A stretch of DNA of 64,000 bases from the NCBI RefSeq assembly GCF_009914755.1, contig NC_060925.1. One strand, written 5' to 3'. Positions 44,613 through 57,697 of this stretch are shown in pieces. The number at the start of each line of letters is the position of its first letter. The first letter of the stretch is position 1. A program made the position numbers and the translations under genes. The notes beneath the pieces are model-generated. The model ran no database searches, was not told where the DNA came from, and worked only from the letters and a program-made list of their open reading frames with translations. The DNA comes from the human T2T-CHM13v2.0 reference genome, Homo sapiens.

Positions 44613-47600
44613 TAAATTGAGCTTTTGATATCTAAGATTTTGCCAAAATGAAGATTTCACTGATTTAATCTTACATTTTCTTCTAAGATTTTTACAATTA
44701 TGTCTTTTACATGTAGGTCTATGATTCCTTTTGAGTTAATGTCTGTTAATTGTGTTAGGAAGGGGTCTGACGTCATTCTTTTGCCTGTGGATATCCAATT
44801 ATATCAACATCAATAGTTGAAAATACTATTCTTTCCCCCTTTGAATTGTCCAGGAAGTCTTATCAAAAACGAATTGATCACAAATATAAGGGCATATTTA
44901 TGGAATTTTAATTTTATTCCATTGACCAATTTTTCTATTATCTTACAAGTGTTACACTGTATTGATTGGTACTATCTTACAGTGTTTTCAAATTAGTAAA
45001 TGATGGAATCCTCCACTCTTGTTCTTCTTTGTCAAGTCTGTTTAGGCTATTCTGTGTCTTTTTTCATTGCGTATGAACATTAGGATCAATTTATCAATTT
45101 CGGGGAAAAAAGCACATGGAATTTGACAGATTAACATAGAATCTCTAATTAAATTTCAAATGTGGTAACATATAAATATCAAATATTATGAACCTAGGAT
45201 TGTTTTTCCCACTTACTAATGTTGTCTTTAATTACTTTCAACAGTGTTTTGTAGTTTTCAGAGTACAGGTCTTGCACTTCTTTTCTTAAATATATTCTTA
45301 GGTGTTTTATTATTTCTTATGTTATTAAAATTATTTCCTTAATTATTTTTGTTTGTTTGCTGCTAGTTTATAGAAGTGCAATTGAATTTTGTATATTGAT
45401 GACAGTGTTTTTAGCAGTGTTTTGTCTCTTTCTCTGATCTCTCTATTAAACCTCCTGCCTCTGTTGATTTCATGCCCAGCTATTAGGCTCCACTAGTTTT
45501 TAGTGGATTACTATTGAGCTACAGATAATTCTGCTTTTATGAACTGCCTCTACCCTGCAAGAACCTCAGTGCTACTGCTTGCGAAATGGATGTGAGGATA
45601 GCAACCTGCTTCTCTTGGTGTGACACTCCTCCTTTAAAAGCAGAGATCTGGGCTGTTTGATGGTTCTTGGTTTTGTTTGTTTGTTTGTATGTTTTCTTTT
45701 CTGGTTGTGGAAATTCTGACGTATAAGTGAGCTGGGTGTGAGTGATTAGGTGATTGGGACCCAGTATTTTCAGCTTGCAATGCCTCAGAGCTTCCACCCT
45801 ATAAGTGGATGCTGATTGAGAAAAGAGCACCTTAGAACACTTGACTGCTCTTGCCTGAAATAGCTTTCATAAAAAGTGGGGATCGATTAGAAATGCTAGG
45901 GGTCTGCCACTCTGGAAGTAGCCTTAGACCGGAAGGTTGAGTGATAAGGATCCCCTTTCTCTTGGTTGGACCTGCCTGGAATATAGCTTCTGACACACAG
46001 CGCTTGTTTGGGGGTGAGGAAGAAGAAGATAGTTTGGTTCCAATGCCACCGATTTTCATTGTTCTTACAGAGATTTAGTAGATTTTCCTGGGTAAATGTT
46101 TCTACATTTGCTATATGTTCTAAGGGCAATTTCCAAAATGTTAAATGGTCACTTAAAAATAGTTTTCACATTATGTTTGTCTTCCTGAGAGTGTCCACAG
46201 AGCTCCTCATATCTCCATTTGGAAGTACTCTCTTCACTAATTTGTTTTTGAAGAATTTCCCACATGTAAAATCCTAGCTCTCAGCTTTCAACTGCCACAA
46301 CCTCATGCTTAGCCTTCATTTGAAGAGGAATGAACATTAAATAAGTAAGAATATGTTTATATTTAAGGTAAATGCAGATTGGAAGTTGTTGCTAAAAATA
46401 TTTTCCTTCCATCAGCCTTTTTCTAGTCCTTTTTTAAAGAGCAACTAGTATTCTAACAGCCTTCTCCCCAGTTTTCAGCCATCCCTCATGTTGTCTTGGT
46501 TGGAACTGTGAATTTTCTTCTTATCCCAAACAGAGCTTTTAATCATAGATGATTTTAAATTATAGTTGTAAATGAGAAAAATGGGCTCATTGAGTTGATG
46601 TCACAACATAATTCTATGTCTTAGATTTATTTTTATTGATCACTTAGTATGTTAGTTTTTTCTATATACTCACATTTATTCTTAGCCTGAGAGAGATTAG
46701 TCTCACATGAATAGAAATGATAATTCTCTGTTTAACTCATATGAATATATATCCTAGTAAATTAAATGCTAATATATCATTTATGAAAATTCAACTTTTT
46801 GTAATTCATATCCTCAATTATGAATTCTTTACTAAAGAAATTTTCCAAGAAGTAATAATTTTTAAAATTCACTACAAGTTTACTGGATCAAAAATTCAGT
46901 TTCTAATTGTTTGATGGGATATAGTGGCTATTTCTGTGAACGGAAAATCAGTATTTGATAGACCTACTGCTATTTTAATAACTTAGAGGGCAAACGACTA
47001 CTAGATCCAACCAAAAGTGTCTTAATTCTCCATGTTATGCTTAAACTATTAAGAATGGCTTTAAAGTTCAATTCCCTCATTTAAAAATCTGGAGCATCCT
47101 TAATGATCCAGATGCTCTTAAAACCACAAGCCAGAACTGAAATTCTGACTCATGTGTGATACACCCAGAGGTGTCACTTGATGAAGTCATTTATCTACTT
47201 AATTGGTTGGTCAAAAAATATGCATGTTTTCATTCTAATGTAAGGAATTTCCGTTTAAACCAAGACTTCCCTTCTCTTACCCTATTTTAGCAGAAAAAAA
47301 GAAATGTACTTTGTGGTAGTATTGGATTCTTATTTGTAGTTTAAATCATCTGTTTCTCTGACAATATTAATGGAGGCATGTCATTAATTTCACCTTCATT
47401 TTTCAGGTAATCAGTCATCTCTCTGTTGTTTCTTATCCACAGACGGCAAGATAACCCTGGACAGCAATAATGCAAACTAATAAGGATTAATAAGGACCTA
47501 ATTAGAGCAAAGTTAGTCCTACTTCTCTCAAGGCTTCCCCTACACTTCTCTAAGCAGTGTCCTCTAAGCAGTCTTCCTTTCACTCAGATTCTTGAAGCTA

Positions 47601-47939
47601 GTTGCTGTAAAATTAATAATATTTTAATCTGCTCCCTAGCATTATTTCTTCATATTTTAATTATTTTCTTCTACTTCTCTCCTGAGTCAAAAGGAAAACA
47701 AGTTGTTGTGTCAGCTTCTATTTTGTTATTAATGTACTTCTACGACTTAATACATGTCTAATGTGTGATTAGAATTATAAATGTTTTGTATATGTCTCCT
47801 TCTCTCCAGCCTTTAGAAGTAAGTATATTTTGCAAGATTAATCTTTGTTAAAATTTCTTTTTATCTCATAATCTTCAGTCTCAGCTAGATTCTTGGTTCA
47901 TCTTGGTTCATTACCATAATTTTTTTTGAGAAACAACAA

Positions 47940-48195
47940 GGAATAGTGGCTGAAGCTATTGCTACAAGCTACTTGTATTCAATTTCTAACTCTGTCTCTT
48001 ACTAGCTTTGTGACCATGGCCACAGATTATTAGTCAATCTGTACTCCTGTTTTTCTGTTTAGAATTGGGTATTATGATACCACCTATCTTACAGAGTTAT
48101 TAGAATAAATAAGTAGGCCACATATGTGATACGTATAAAACATTTATATGCCTTACATATTGCAAACACTCAATAATATGTGTATGGTTATTCTT
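47940..48195 (+). mobile_element. MIR
   Basis: ttactagctttgtgaccatggc, cctatcttacagagttattag and cactcaataa motifs. Confidence 0.65.
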
Positions 48196-49115
48196 CAGTT
48201 TTAGCCATTTCATTTCCATAGTTCATTCTCTTGGCTTATTACCTTGCTTGGGAGTTTTCTTTACTACAAAACAAAATCTTCATACAAACCTGATTTTCCT
48301 TTAATTTTCGTATATTTATGCTTTCTTTATTGCCAAAATTTGAGAAAAATGTTCTGTTTCCATTACTTGAAAACTCTTAATTTCTTGTTTCTACTGCTTG
48401 TTCCTCAATGAACAAATGACTTTTTATGTTCTTTCCTACTTAAATTCTCCAACAGTTGACATAATTGATCACTTTTTTTCTTAAAATAGCCACATTCTTT
48501 AAATTACGTGCTAGAGCACACATCTTCTTCATTTTCTTTACTACAGCCATTAAAAATTCTTTAAATAATTGATATTATTATTAATATTTTATATACTAAG
48601 AACTTTCCTATTTAATAGGGTAAGATGGTCCCAAACAAATATCTTATTTCCTTATAAAGTTTATGGAATATCATGAAAAAACAGAATGAGGAACTATGAT
48701 GGAGAAGGCAGGCTACTTTATGGCAGATAGTAGGAAATGGGTTTTCTGAGACATAGCTGATATCTGAAGTTCTAGGAGAAGCAAGTAATGTGTTGGGAGA
48801 AAATAACTTCTAGTAGATAAAATATCATAACCAAAGCACTGATCAAGAGATAACCTGTTGGAGGGTGTTGTGATGTATTTCTTTTAAAGGAAAATAGTGT
48901 AAGTTTAGTTAAGTAGGTAGAAAGAAGATTTTTTTGAAGGCAGTTTGAAATTGGTGAAATGTCAGTAATTGTGATAGGGCTTATACACACGATATTTGTA
49001 TTTCTTACAATATTAAATTACATGGAGTTTTTACACCCATTTTAAAATAAAAAGATGAGAAACTATACACTAAAATAGAATATGAATTACCTGTCATCTT
49101 TTGGTCAGTAACTTC

Positions 49116-49203
49116 TAATAACATCCATTTATTTACTTAATATCTATTACATGGCAAGATAATAACATCCATTTATTTTTTTAATATCTATTACATGGCA
49201 AGA
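49116..49203. repeat. 2 x 44-bp tandem duplication
   Basis: taataacatccatttattt(ac/tt)ttaatatctattacatggcaaga occurs twice. Confidence 0.93.
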
Positions 49204-49931
49204 GTTATGCTGGGAGCCAACTTGTGCTATTTGATTCAGTCTTCATAAAACACCTTGAATGTAATAATTGGGTGAGTTTGTATATACATATGCTGTGAGT
49301 GTAAACATTTTGTTTCAAAGTCAAGCAACATGTAAGAAAGTTTAAGATTGATTTTAATCTCTCCAACTCAACATGTTATAGAAGTTTGAACCAACTTCAG
49401 GAGAGCAATAGGTGCTAGAGTATAAACAAGAGCCATACTTTGAGTCTAAAAGGAAAGGCTTGCTCAGGATATTTTAGAAAATAACAGTCCTCCAAGAGGG
49501 AGGCTTTCCAGGAGAAAAGTGGAAGGTAGTGAGATAATACCATAAGAGATTTTCAAAACAGGGGATTGTTCTAGCAATGTGAGAAGTAAACCTTCATTGT
49601 CCAGGACTAATTCCCTCCATGGTGAACTTAGGCAAGGGAGTTAGCTTCCTCAGTGTTTCATGAACGTGAGCTACAGCTTAAGGAAACTAAACCTGGCAAA
49701 CTCCTAGGCAGAATATCAGGGCTGGGAGACATTATGCTACTGTACATCTGCAACCTCAAGACTTAGATCTCAGAGTTTGCTCATGCCAGGAGAAGAATTA
49801 ATGTTGTATCAAGAGAAAAATATAGATGTGGCCAAATGTGAATGAAGAATAAGCATCACCTGTTTTATGTTTTTTAATCATAAAGCTTGGACTCCAAGAG
49901 GAGCAGCTGATTACTTCTCAAACATGTATGT

Positions 49932-50245
49932 CTTTTTAAAAAATTTATTTCAAGTTCAGGGGTACAAGTGCAGGTTTGTTACATAGGTAATCTTGTGTTA
50001 TGGAGGATTGTTGTACAGACTATTTCATCACACAGGTATTAAGCCTAATACTCAGTAGTAAGTTTTCCTGATCCTTTCCTTCCTCCCATCTTCCACACTC
50101 TGAAAGCCCCAGTGTGTGTTGTTACCCTCTATGTGTCCATGTGTCATCATTTGGCTCCCACTTATAAAGTGAGAACATGTGGTATTTGATTTTCTGCTTC
50201 TGTGTTAGTTTGCTAAGGATAATGGCCCCTCGTTCCTTTCATGTC
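49932..50245 (-). mobile_element. Old L1PA (about PA15-16) 3' fragment
   Basis: agttcaggggtacaagtgcaggtttgttacataggtaa...gttagtttgctaaggataatggcc. Confidence 0.85.
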
Positions 50246-52591
50246 TTAACACTCCACCACCAAATTATGGCTCTCTGAGTTCAATATCCGACCTGCATTG
50301 CCACAGAATATGTTGAGAATTTGGAAAACCTAGATACCTTCAACTGCATATGTCTCAATGGGTTTTCCCTAAGGTCTTTTTCCAGAAGACTTATTTTAGA
50401 CTACCTGGTCACTGTTCCTCATTTCACAGTAATTGTTGCATCAAGCAGGAATGGTGTGATAACTGCTGTGGTATAAAGCAAACCAAAAAGTCACTATGGG
50501 AAATTAAAAATGTCCTCCTAGGTCTACCTGTCCATCTAGTCTTCAAAGACTTAAATGCTGTACAACAAAAGTCTATAGAAACTAGATCCTTGAAGCCCCA
50601 AGGAACTCAAGTGGTGGATACTCTGAAAAGGATGTCATCAGTGATTAGATTGCAAGCATAGACATCATGTTGTTGTTAGTGGCTGTAGAAAGTTATAGCC
50701 AAACATAAGTAGATATCACTAAAGACAAAACCAAACCCATACTCCTGATGAGATTATGATGGGAAAAACCTGATTGGTGGAATATATCCTTGAATGATAC
50801 ATTGGTTTGAAAAGAATGTTGGATGACTTATCCTATCAGGTCCAGATAAGCAGGTTTTTCTCTGATACTCGTCTTCCAACAAGGACAGCCGGTCTGAGAC
50901 AGCATAGGTTATTCCGAAGCAGCCCCTTTAAAATCACAGCAAAGAGCAGGGAGGCATAACCGTATGAACCCCACAATAACTTACATTGTGTAGAAGGTCC
51001 ATCCAGAAAGATAAAGGGAGTCAAGAGAACGGCTGAGAAATCGTCTCTAAATAGGCTACCTTTTGTAAAGACATGTTGTTATTATGCTTTTTAATTTAGG
51101 GGACAAATGTGATAAAGTTGATAGTGTTGAAACAGTAGGATATGAGTAGTTCTCACAATAGGTTGAAAGGATGGGTACACTGAAAAAATGATATAGCAAA
51201 AAAGATACTATAACATTAATGAATGGCATCAATCTTCCACAAAATGAGAATGAAGATTACCCCAACATTTCACCGTATGGTTTATTAATGTAATCAGTGT
51301 GATGGGCTGATCCATAAGTTGTCTTTAGTTTACAGTCCCTGGATGCTGAGATGGATGCATTAGCTATCCATCTACCTGAACACTCCCTTCATCTCCACTT
51401 CCACCCTGATAAATAATTCAAATATTAGAGGGACAACCCTGAATACTATTGGGATACACAAGCACCATCATTGGACAACAGAATTTTGTTTGTGGTGCAG
51501 GCCAAACAACATAGCATTGTACCCAGTGGATATTCAACATTCCTTATTTTACATAGAGTGTGGAGAAAATAAAATTCTGAAATGCATGACTCAAAAACAA
51601 ATTGTGGCAGTCTATCACTCACTCACTTCCTATTAGCATCTGGTTAGATCAGTTGCATAATGCTAAACATATCCCAAAGACAACTACCTCACAAGTGTTC
51701 ATCTCTTCTTTGCTTTCTCTTGACTTAGAATTCAGGTGACAGTGTGGTGTCCAGAGTGGTACAGTTAAAGTATTTGGGACCAAACTTATACTTTTATATA
51801 TCTTTTCATGCACTTTATTTTTATTCCTCCAGCAAGACCTAAACATGATCAGGAAGCCTGGTTTGTAGCCTGAACCAAGGAAGAGTGCTTACCCAGCTGG
51901 AAAAATGCTGCTGTTTTGTTGGTGTTTAGTTTTGAATTATGTTGGAAGGTGTACATTATCATTATCCTGCCCTATGTGACCTTTTGCTTTGGGATCAAAA
52001 ACCTAGGTATATGGCCACTCTGCTGGCATGTGCATTCTTATATATGTGCAGATGAATACAAATCACCTGGCATAAGACTTTACTGAATACAAGATGCTGT
52101 TGGCCATTAGGCAAAAACCTAGGTCTTTCCCAAGATGATTAACCAGGGTATAAGGTGCCTCTCACCTGCCAGAAAATAAAAAGAGAAAAGGGACAAAAAA
52201 TACCAGAAAGTACCAAAGGTGGGATAAAGGTTGTATACTAAAGGTCATACACCTGGATCTCTTCAAGAATCTTGTAATGTAGATTACCCTTAATTTGATA
52301 CAATTCTTAAGGCAGTGACTGCATCTGCTAGCCTGTTGAGATGCTGGGTGTCCCAGTATGTAGCAAAAATAGAGCTTTCAGCCATGCCAGTTTCTGCCAA
52401 TGACAAAACTCTTTCTACCAACCAGTACCTGCCAATAAAATAGACTGCTAACAGTGGATTGGGTTCCAGGATCCAAGTTTGAGAAAAATATTCGGACTGA
52501 CTTTTTCCCCCTCCGACATGACAGAGTCCCCAGACATTGGAAGATGCTTGAGAAGACTGAATTTGGTCCTAATCAGCCTTTTCTCGATCCT

Positions 52592-52996
52592 CGTCATAAT
52601 CCATTTTGTGCTGTTATAACAATAACAACAACAAAAGAGACAAACTTGGTAATTTATGAAGAATGGAAATTTATTTTCTCACAATTCTGGGGGCTGGGAA
52701 GTTCAAAGTCAAGGTGCTGGTAGGTTTATTGTCAGGTGAGTTCCAGTCTCTGTTTCAAAGTTGGGACTTTGAATGTGGCATTATTGAAAGGGGAGAAATA
52801 CTATGTCCTCACGTGGCAGAAAATGGAAGAGCCAAAAAGGGTGAATTCACTCCATTAAACCTTTTTATAAGAGCATCTATTCCCATTCATGAGGGAGGAC
52901 ATCTTATAACCTAAGCACCTCTTAAAGGCCCTACTCTTTAATAATATTACATTGGCAACACTTGGATTTTGAAGGAGACACATTCAAACCATAGTA
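52592..52996 (-). mobile_element. MaLR solo LTR (MLT1A/MSTD-like)
   Basis: ggtaatttatgaagaatggaaatttattttctcacaattctgg...cacattcaaaccatag. Confidence 0.82.
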
Positions 52997-53099
52997 CTTA
53001 TGCTGCAACAATAGATTGTTAAGTTCCATACAGCACTTAGGTCTGTCATGATGATATATGAAACTTTCTGAACTGAACTGCCTGCTCTCCTGGACTCTT

Positions 53100-53710
53100 C
53101 TGTCTATGAAGACAAAGAGACTTTATTTGTTTGTATTGACTAAATATGGCCTGCACCCCAATTTGGGCACCTGGGTATTTCAAGATTTTAAAGACTTCCT
53201 TCCAGGACGTCATATTTATCTGCTGGCCAAGACTAAAGAGTGATTTTCCTGGGACAGGAAAAGGCGTATGTATTTTATAACTATGGACATGAACCTATTC
53301 CTGGGTGGGTGTAATTGACCTGATGACCATAATGTTTGTCAGCTACAAAAAGCTAAATAGCCATTATTTTCAAGCAAAACTTTATGACCTAGCATATTAA
53401 TTTACTTTCCTTGGCAACAATATGAGACAATAAAACCACCCTTAGCTATTTGTTAGCCCCAAAGCAGGAATTTGCATTGAGCAACTCATCATGTCATGCA
53501 CAGGTTAAAACAGAGTGGCCAAATAGAAAAGTCTATCTCCTGTACATGCAAATAGGCAGAAAATTCTCTTAAGCACGTCGATCAGTACCTTAACATCTCA
53601 TTGCTGGGTTAATCAGGGCTCCTTTAAAGAAGAACTTCAGGCATTACCCACAGGCTTCTTTTGTGTGTTAATTATTCTTATTATCCTCTACTGTCTCATT
53701 CAGCAAGATC
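53100..53710 (+). pseudogene. Retroviral env remnant (SU C-terminus and gamma-type TM)
   Basis: WPRLKS/DFPG furin-site-like; WVGV fusion-peptide-like; SLATI*DNKTTLSYLLA-GIC-SNSSC-SGQIEKSI (immunosuppressive domain plus cysteine loop); hydrophobic anchor GFFCVLIILIILYCLIQ. Confidence 0.65.
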
Positions 53711-54222
53711 AGCAACTATCCTCACAACCCCTTAGGATTTAGATGATATGATTGCCCATTAAGAAGCTACATTTTATTAAGGATGACGAACTAAAAGATA
53801 ATGGTTAACTTATTCAAGATTGACTTCCACAGGTTAGCCACCCAGCCATAGAGATGGCCAGGGCTCCCTACAGGTGCTTATATAATCATCCTATCACCAA
53901 AATCTTAAAGTAACTCAGCTGGGAAGACAGAGTATAGTTGGAAGTTACTAGACCTCTATGGCATGGTACTACCATGACCCAGTTTCATATCCACAAAACC
54001 AATCATAGTAAGAGATGATCTAGTGTACTCCTAACATATGAACTCAGAAGTTCAGAGATGTGCATCATCTTTCTACCACATCATATTTCTATAACCATAG
54101 ATGAGATCTCTAGCCCATTGCACACTTTTGAGAGAGTGAGTTACAATTCTTCTCCAATTGTGAAGTTTATAAACATGCAGCCTAAAGACCATGTTTTATT
54201 TCCATAAGTCTAGCTCTATTGG

Positions 54223-56437
54223 TGTATTAGTCCATTTTCATGCTGCTGATAAAGACATACCTGAGACTCAAAAGAGCCTCCACATGGCTGAGGAGGCCTC
54301 AGAATCATAGTGGGAGGTACAAGACACTTCTTAGAAACCTCTGATAAATCCATCAGATCTTGTGAGACTTATTCACTATCACAAGAATAGCTCAGGAAAG
54401 ACCAGCCCCTGTGATTCAATTACCTCCCCCTAGGTCCCTCCCACAACACGCGAGAATTCTGGGACATACAATTCAAGTTGAGATTTGGGTGGGACACAGC
54501 CAAACCATATCATTCCACCCATGGCCCCTCCAAATCTCATCTTCTCATATTTCAAAACCTATCATGCTTTCCCAACTGTCCCCCAAAGACTTAACTCATT
54601 TCAGCATTAACCCAAAAGTCCACAGTCCAAAGTTGCATCTGAGACAAGCCAAGTCCATCCTGCCTATGAGCCTGTAAAAAGTAACAAGCTAGTTACTTCC
54701 TAGATACTATGGGGGTACGGGTATTGCGCGGGTATTGCGTAAATACAGCCATTCCAAATGGGAGAAATTGGCCAAAACAAAGGGTCTAAAGAGCCCACGC
54801 AAGTCCAAACTCCAGTGGGTCAGTCAAATTTTAAAGCTCCAAAATGATCTCCTTTGACACCAGGTCTCACATACAGATCATGCTTATGCAAAAGATGGGT
54901 TTCCATGGTCTTAGGCAGCTCTGCCTTTGTGGCTTTGCAGGGTACAGCCTCCTTTCTGCTTGCTTTCATGGGCTGGCATTGAGTGTCAGTGGCTTTTCCA
55001 GGAGCATGGTGCAAGCTGTCAGTGGATCTATCATTCTGGGGTCTGAAGGACGATGGCCCTCTTCTCACACCTCCACTAGGCAGTGCCCCAGTAGGGACTC
55101 TGGGAGGTCCGACTCCACGTTTCCCTTCTGCACGTCCCTAACAGAGGTTCTCCATGAGGACCCTACCCCTGCAGTAAACTTTTGCCCGGGCATCCACGCA
55201 TTTCCATACATCTTCTGAAATCTAGGCAGAGGTTCCCAAACCTCAATTTTGACTTCTGTGCACTTGCAAGCTCAACACCACGTGGAAGCTGCCAAGGCTT
55301 GGGGCTTTCACCCTCTGCCATAGCCCAAGCTGTATGTTGGCCCATTTCATCCACGGTTAGAGCAGCTGGGATACAAGGCACCAAGTCCCTAGGCTGCACA
55401 CACAATGGGGATCCTGGGCCCAGTCCACAAAACTACTTTTTCCTCCTAGGCCTCTGGGCTGTGATGGGAGGTGCTGCCGTGAGGGTCTCTGACATGGCCT
55501 GGTGACATTTTCACCAAGGTCATGGGGATTAACATTAGGCTCCTTGCTACTTATGCAAATTTTTGCATCCAGCTTGAATTTCTTTCCAGAAAATTAGTTT
55601 TTCTTTTATGTCATATAGTAAGGCTGCAGATTTTCCAAACTCTTATGCTCTACTCTTCTTATAAGACTGAATGTCTTTAATAGCACCCAGGCCACATATT
55701 GAATGCTTTGCTGCTTAGAAATTTCTTCTGCCAGATACCATAAATTACCTCTCTCAAGTTCAAAGTTCCACATATCTCTAGGTCAGGGGCAAAATGCTTC
55801 CAGCCTCTTTGCTAACACATAACAAAAGTCACCTTTGCTCCAGTTCCTGTCAAGTTCCTCATCTCCATTTGAGACCCCCTCCCCCCCAGCCTGGACCTTA
55901 TGTTTCATATTGTTGTCATCATTTTGGGCAAAGCCATTCAACAAGTCTCTAGGAAGTTCCAAACTTTTCCATATTTTCCTGGCTTCTTCTGAGCCCTCCA
56001 AACCGTTCCAGCCTCTGTCTGTTACCCAGTTCCAAAGTTGCTTCCACATTTTCAGGTATCTTTTCAGCAGTGCTCCACTCTACTGGTACCAATTTACTGT
56101 ATTAGTCCATTTTTATGCTGCTGATTAAGACATACCCAAGACTCGTAAGAAAAAGAGATTTAATTGGACTTGCAATTCCACATGGCTGGGGAGGCCTCGG
56201 AATCATTGCACTTCTTACATGGTGGCGGCAAAAGAAAACAAGGAAGAAGTAAAAGTGGAAACCCCTGATGAACCCATTAGATCTTGTGAGACTTATTCAC
56301 TATCACAAGAACAACACGGAAAAGACTGGCCTCCATGATTCAATTATCTCCCTCCGGGTCCCTCCCACAATATGTGGGAATTCTGGGAGATACAATTCAA
56401 GTTGGGATTTGGGTGGGGACACAGCCAAACCATATCA
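54223..56437 (-). mobile_element. Two-LTR THE1 (THE1C-like) MaLR element
   Basis: LTRs at 54223-54512 (internally deleted) and 56098-56437; about 1.6-kb THE1 internal region; TSD attgg (54218-54222) / attag (56438-56442). Confidence 0.93.
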
Positions 56438-56831
56438 ATTAGGTTTTTAAATGCTTCAGAATATAATGGGGAATGGAGAGCTGAGGCACTTGCAATGACT
56501 AAGGCCTCTGTGATTTCCCATCAGAAAATGATTCTTTGGAAAAATGGCTGGATCCTTGATCTTAGTTGTTCAACAGAAAGACACACCAAGAAGAAACAAA
56601 GACAGCAAGACCAAGAGGATAGTGGGGAGGAATGGAGATATCTAAAGGAGAATATAACTGTAATTCAGTACTTGACTTTGATTCAAATAATAATATTATC
56701 AAAATAATATTAAAACTATTTCTTAATATTATTAGATTAGTGTTAAGGGAGCAAAAAGTATGATAAAGTGATTTATAGACAGAAATATAAATAGTTGCTG
56801 CATATATAAAATATTTCTTAGTTTTATTACT

Positions 56832-57368
56832 TGTGATGATTGAGTGTCAACTTGATTCGATTGAAGGATGTAAAATATTGTTCCTGGGTGTGTCTGTGAC
56901 AGTATTGCCAAAGGAGATTAACATTTGGGTCAGTGGACTGGGAGAAGCAGACCCACCTTCGGTCTGGGTGGGCGCCATCTAATCAGTTGCCAGCACGGCT
57001 AGAATAAAACAGGCAGAGGAAGTTGGAAAGAGCATTCTTGCTGAGTCTTCTGGCTTTCATCTTTCTCCCCTACTGGATGTTCCCTGCCCTTGAACATCAG
57101 ACTCCAAGTGTTTCAGGTTTTGGACTCTTGGACTTACACCAGCAGTTGCCAGGGTCTCTTGAGTCTTTGGCCACAAACTGAAGGCTGTGCTGTCAACTGC
57201 CCTACTCTTGAGGTTTTGCAACTCAGACTGGCTTCTTTGCTCCTCAGCTTGCAGACGGCCTATTGTGGGGCTTCACCTTGTGTTCCTGTGAGTCAGTACT
57301 CCTTAATAAACTCCCCTCATATATACATCTATCCTATTTTGTCACTCCAGAGAATCCTGACTAATACA
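56832..57368 (+). mobile_element. MLT2A (HERVL LTR, MLT2A2-like) solo LTR
   Basis: tgtgatg...gagtgtcaacttgattcgattgaaggatg...ctgactaataca; perfect 5-bp TSD ttact at 56827-56831 and 57369-57373. Confidence 0.92.
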
Positions 57369-57594
57369 TTACTAATCAGAGAAACATAGATTAAAATGCA
57401 ATAAGATGGCATTTTTAACCTTGGTACTGGGAATCATTTTTAAAAAGCTGTAATTTGGATCTCTGCAAAAGTGTGAGGAAACTAACACTCCCATAAACTG
57501 CTTGTGGAAGTGTTGAGGCAGCCATTTTGGGAAAAAATTACAAAATATATTAAAATTTTAAAAGAGAGTATTCCAATTTCTCTTTTCATGTAAA

Positions 57595-57697
57595 TATAGT
57601 ATATACATATATATATGCACATATATATGTGTGTGTGTGTCTGACTATATATAATGTATGTGTACACATATATAATTATGTGTCTAATTATATACAT
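57595..57697. repeat. Degenerate (TA)/(TG) low-complexity repeat
   Basis: Read directly. Confidence 0.7.

Larger units (their letters stand above)
49400..53750 (+). mobile_element. Highly decayed ancient class III (ERVL-like) proviral internal sequence with env remnant
   Basis: By-eye translation across frameshifts: gag-like NVVSREK/IDV (about 49800), RT-like PAL/CHRI (about 50292), IN-like AKQHSI-QWIFNIPY-VEK-NKILK (51501-51582), env TM motifs (53224-53706). Boundaries approximate. Confidence 0.6.
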
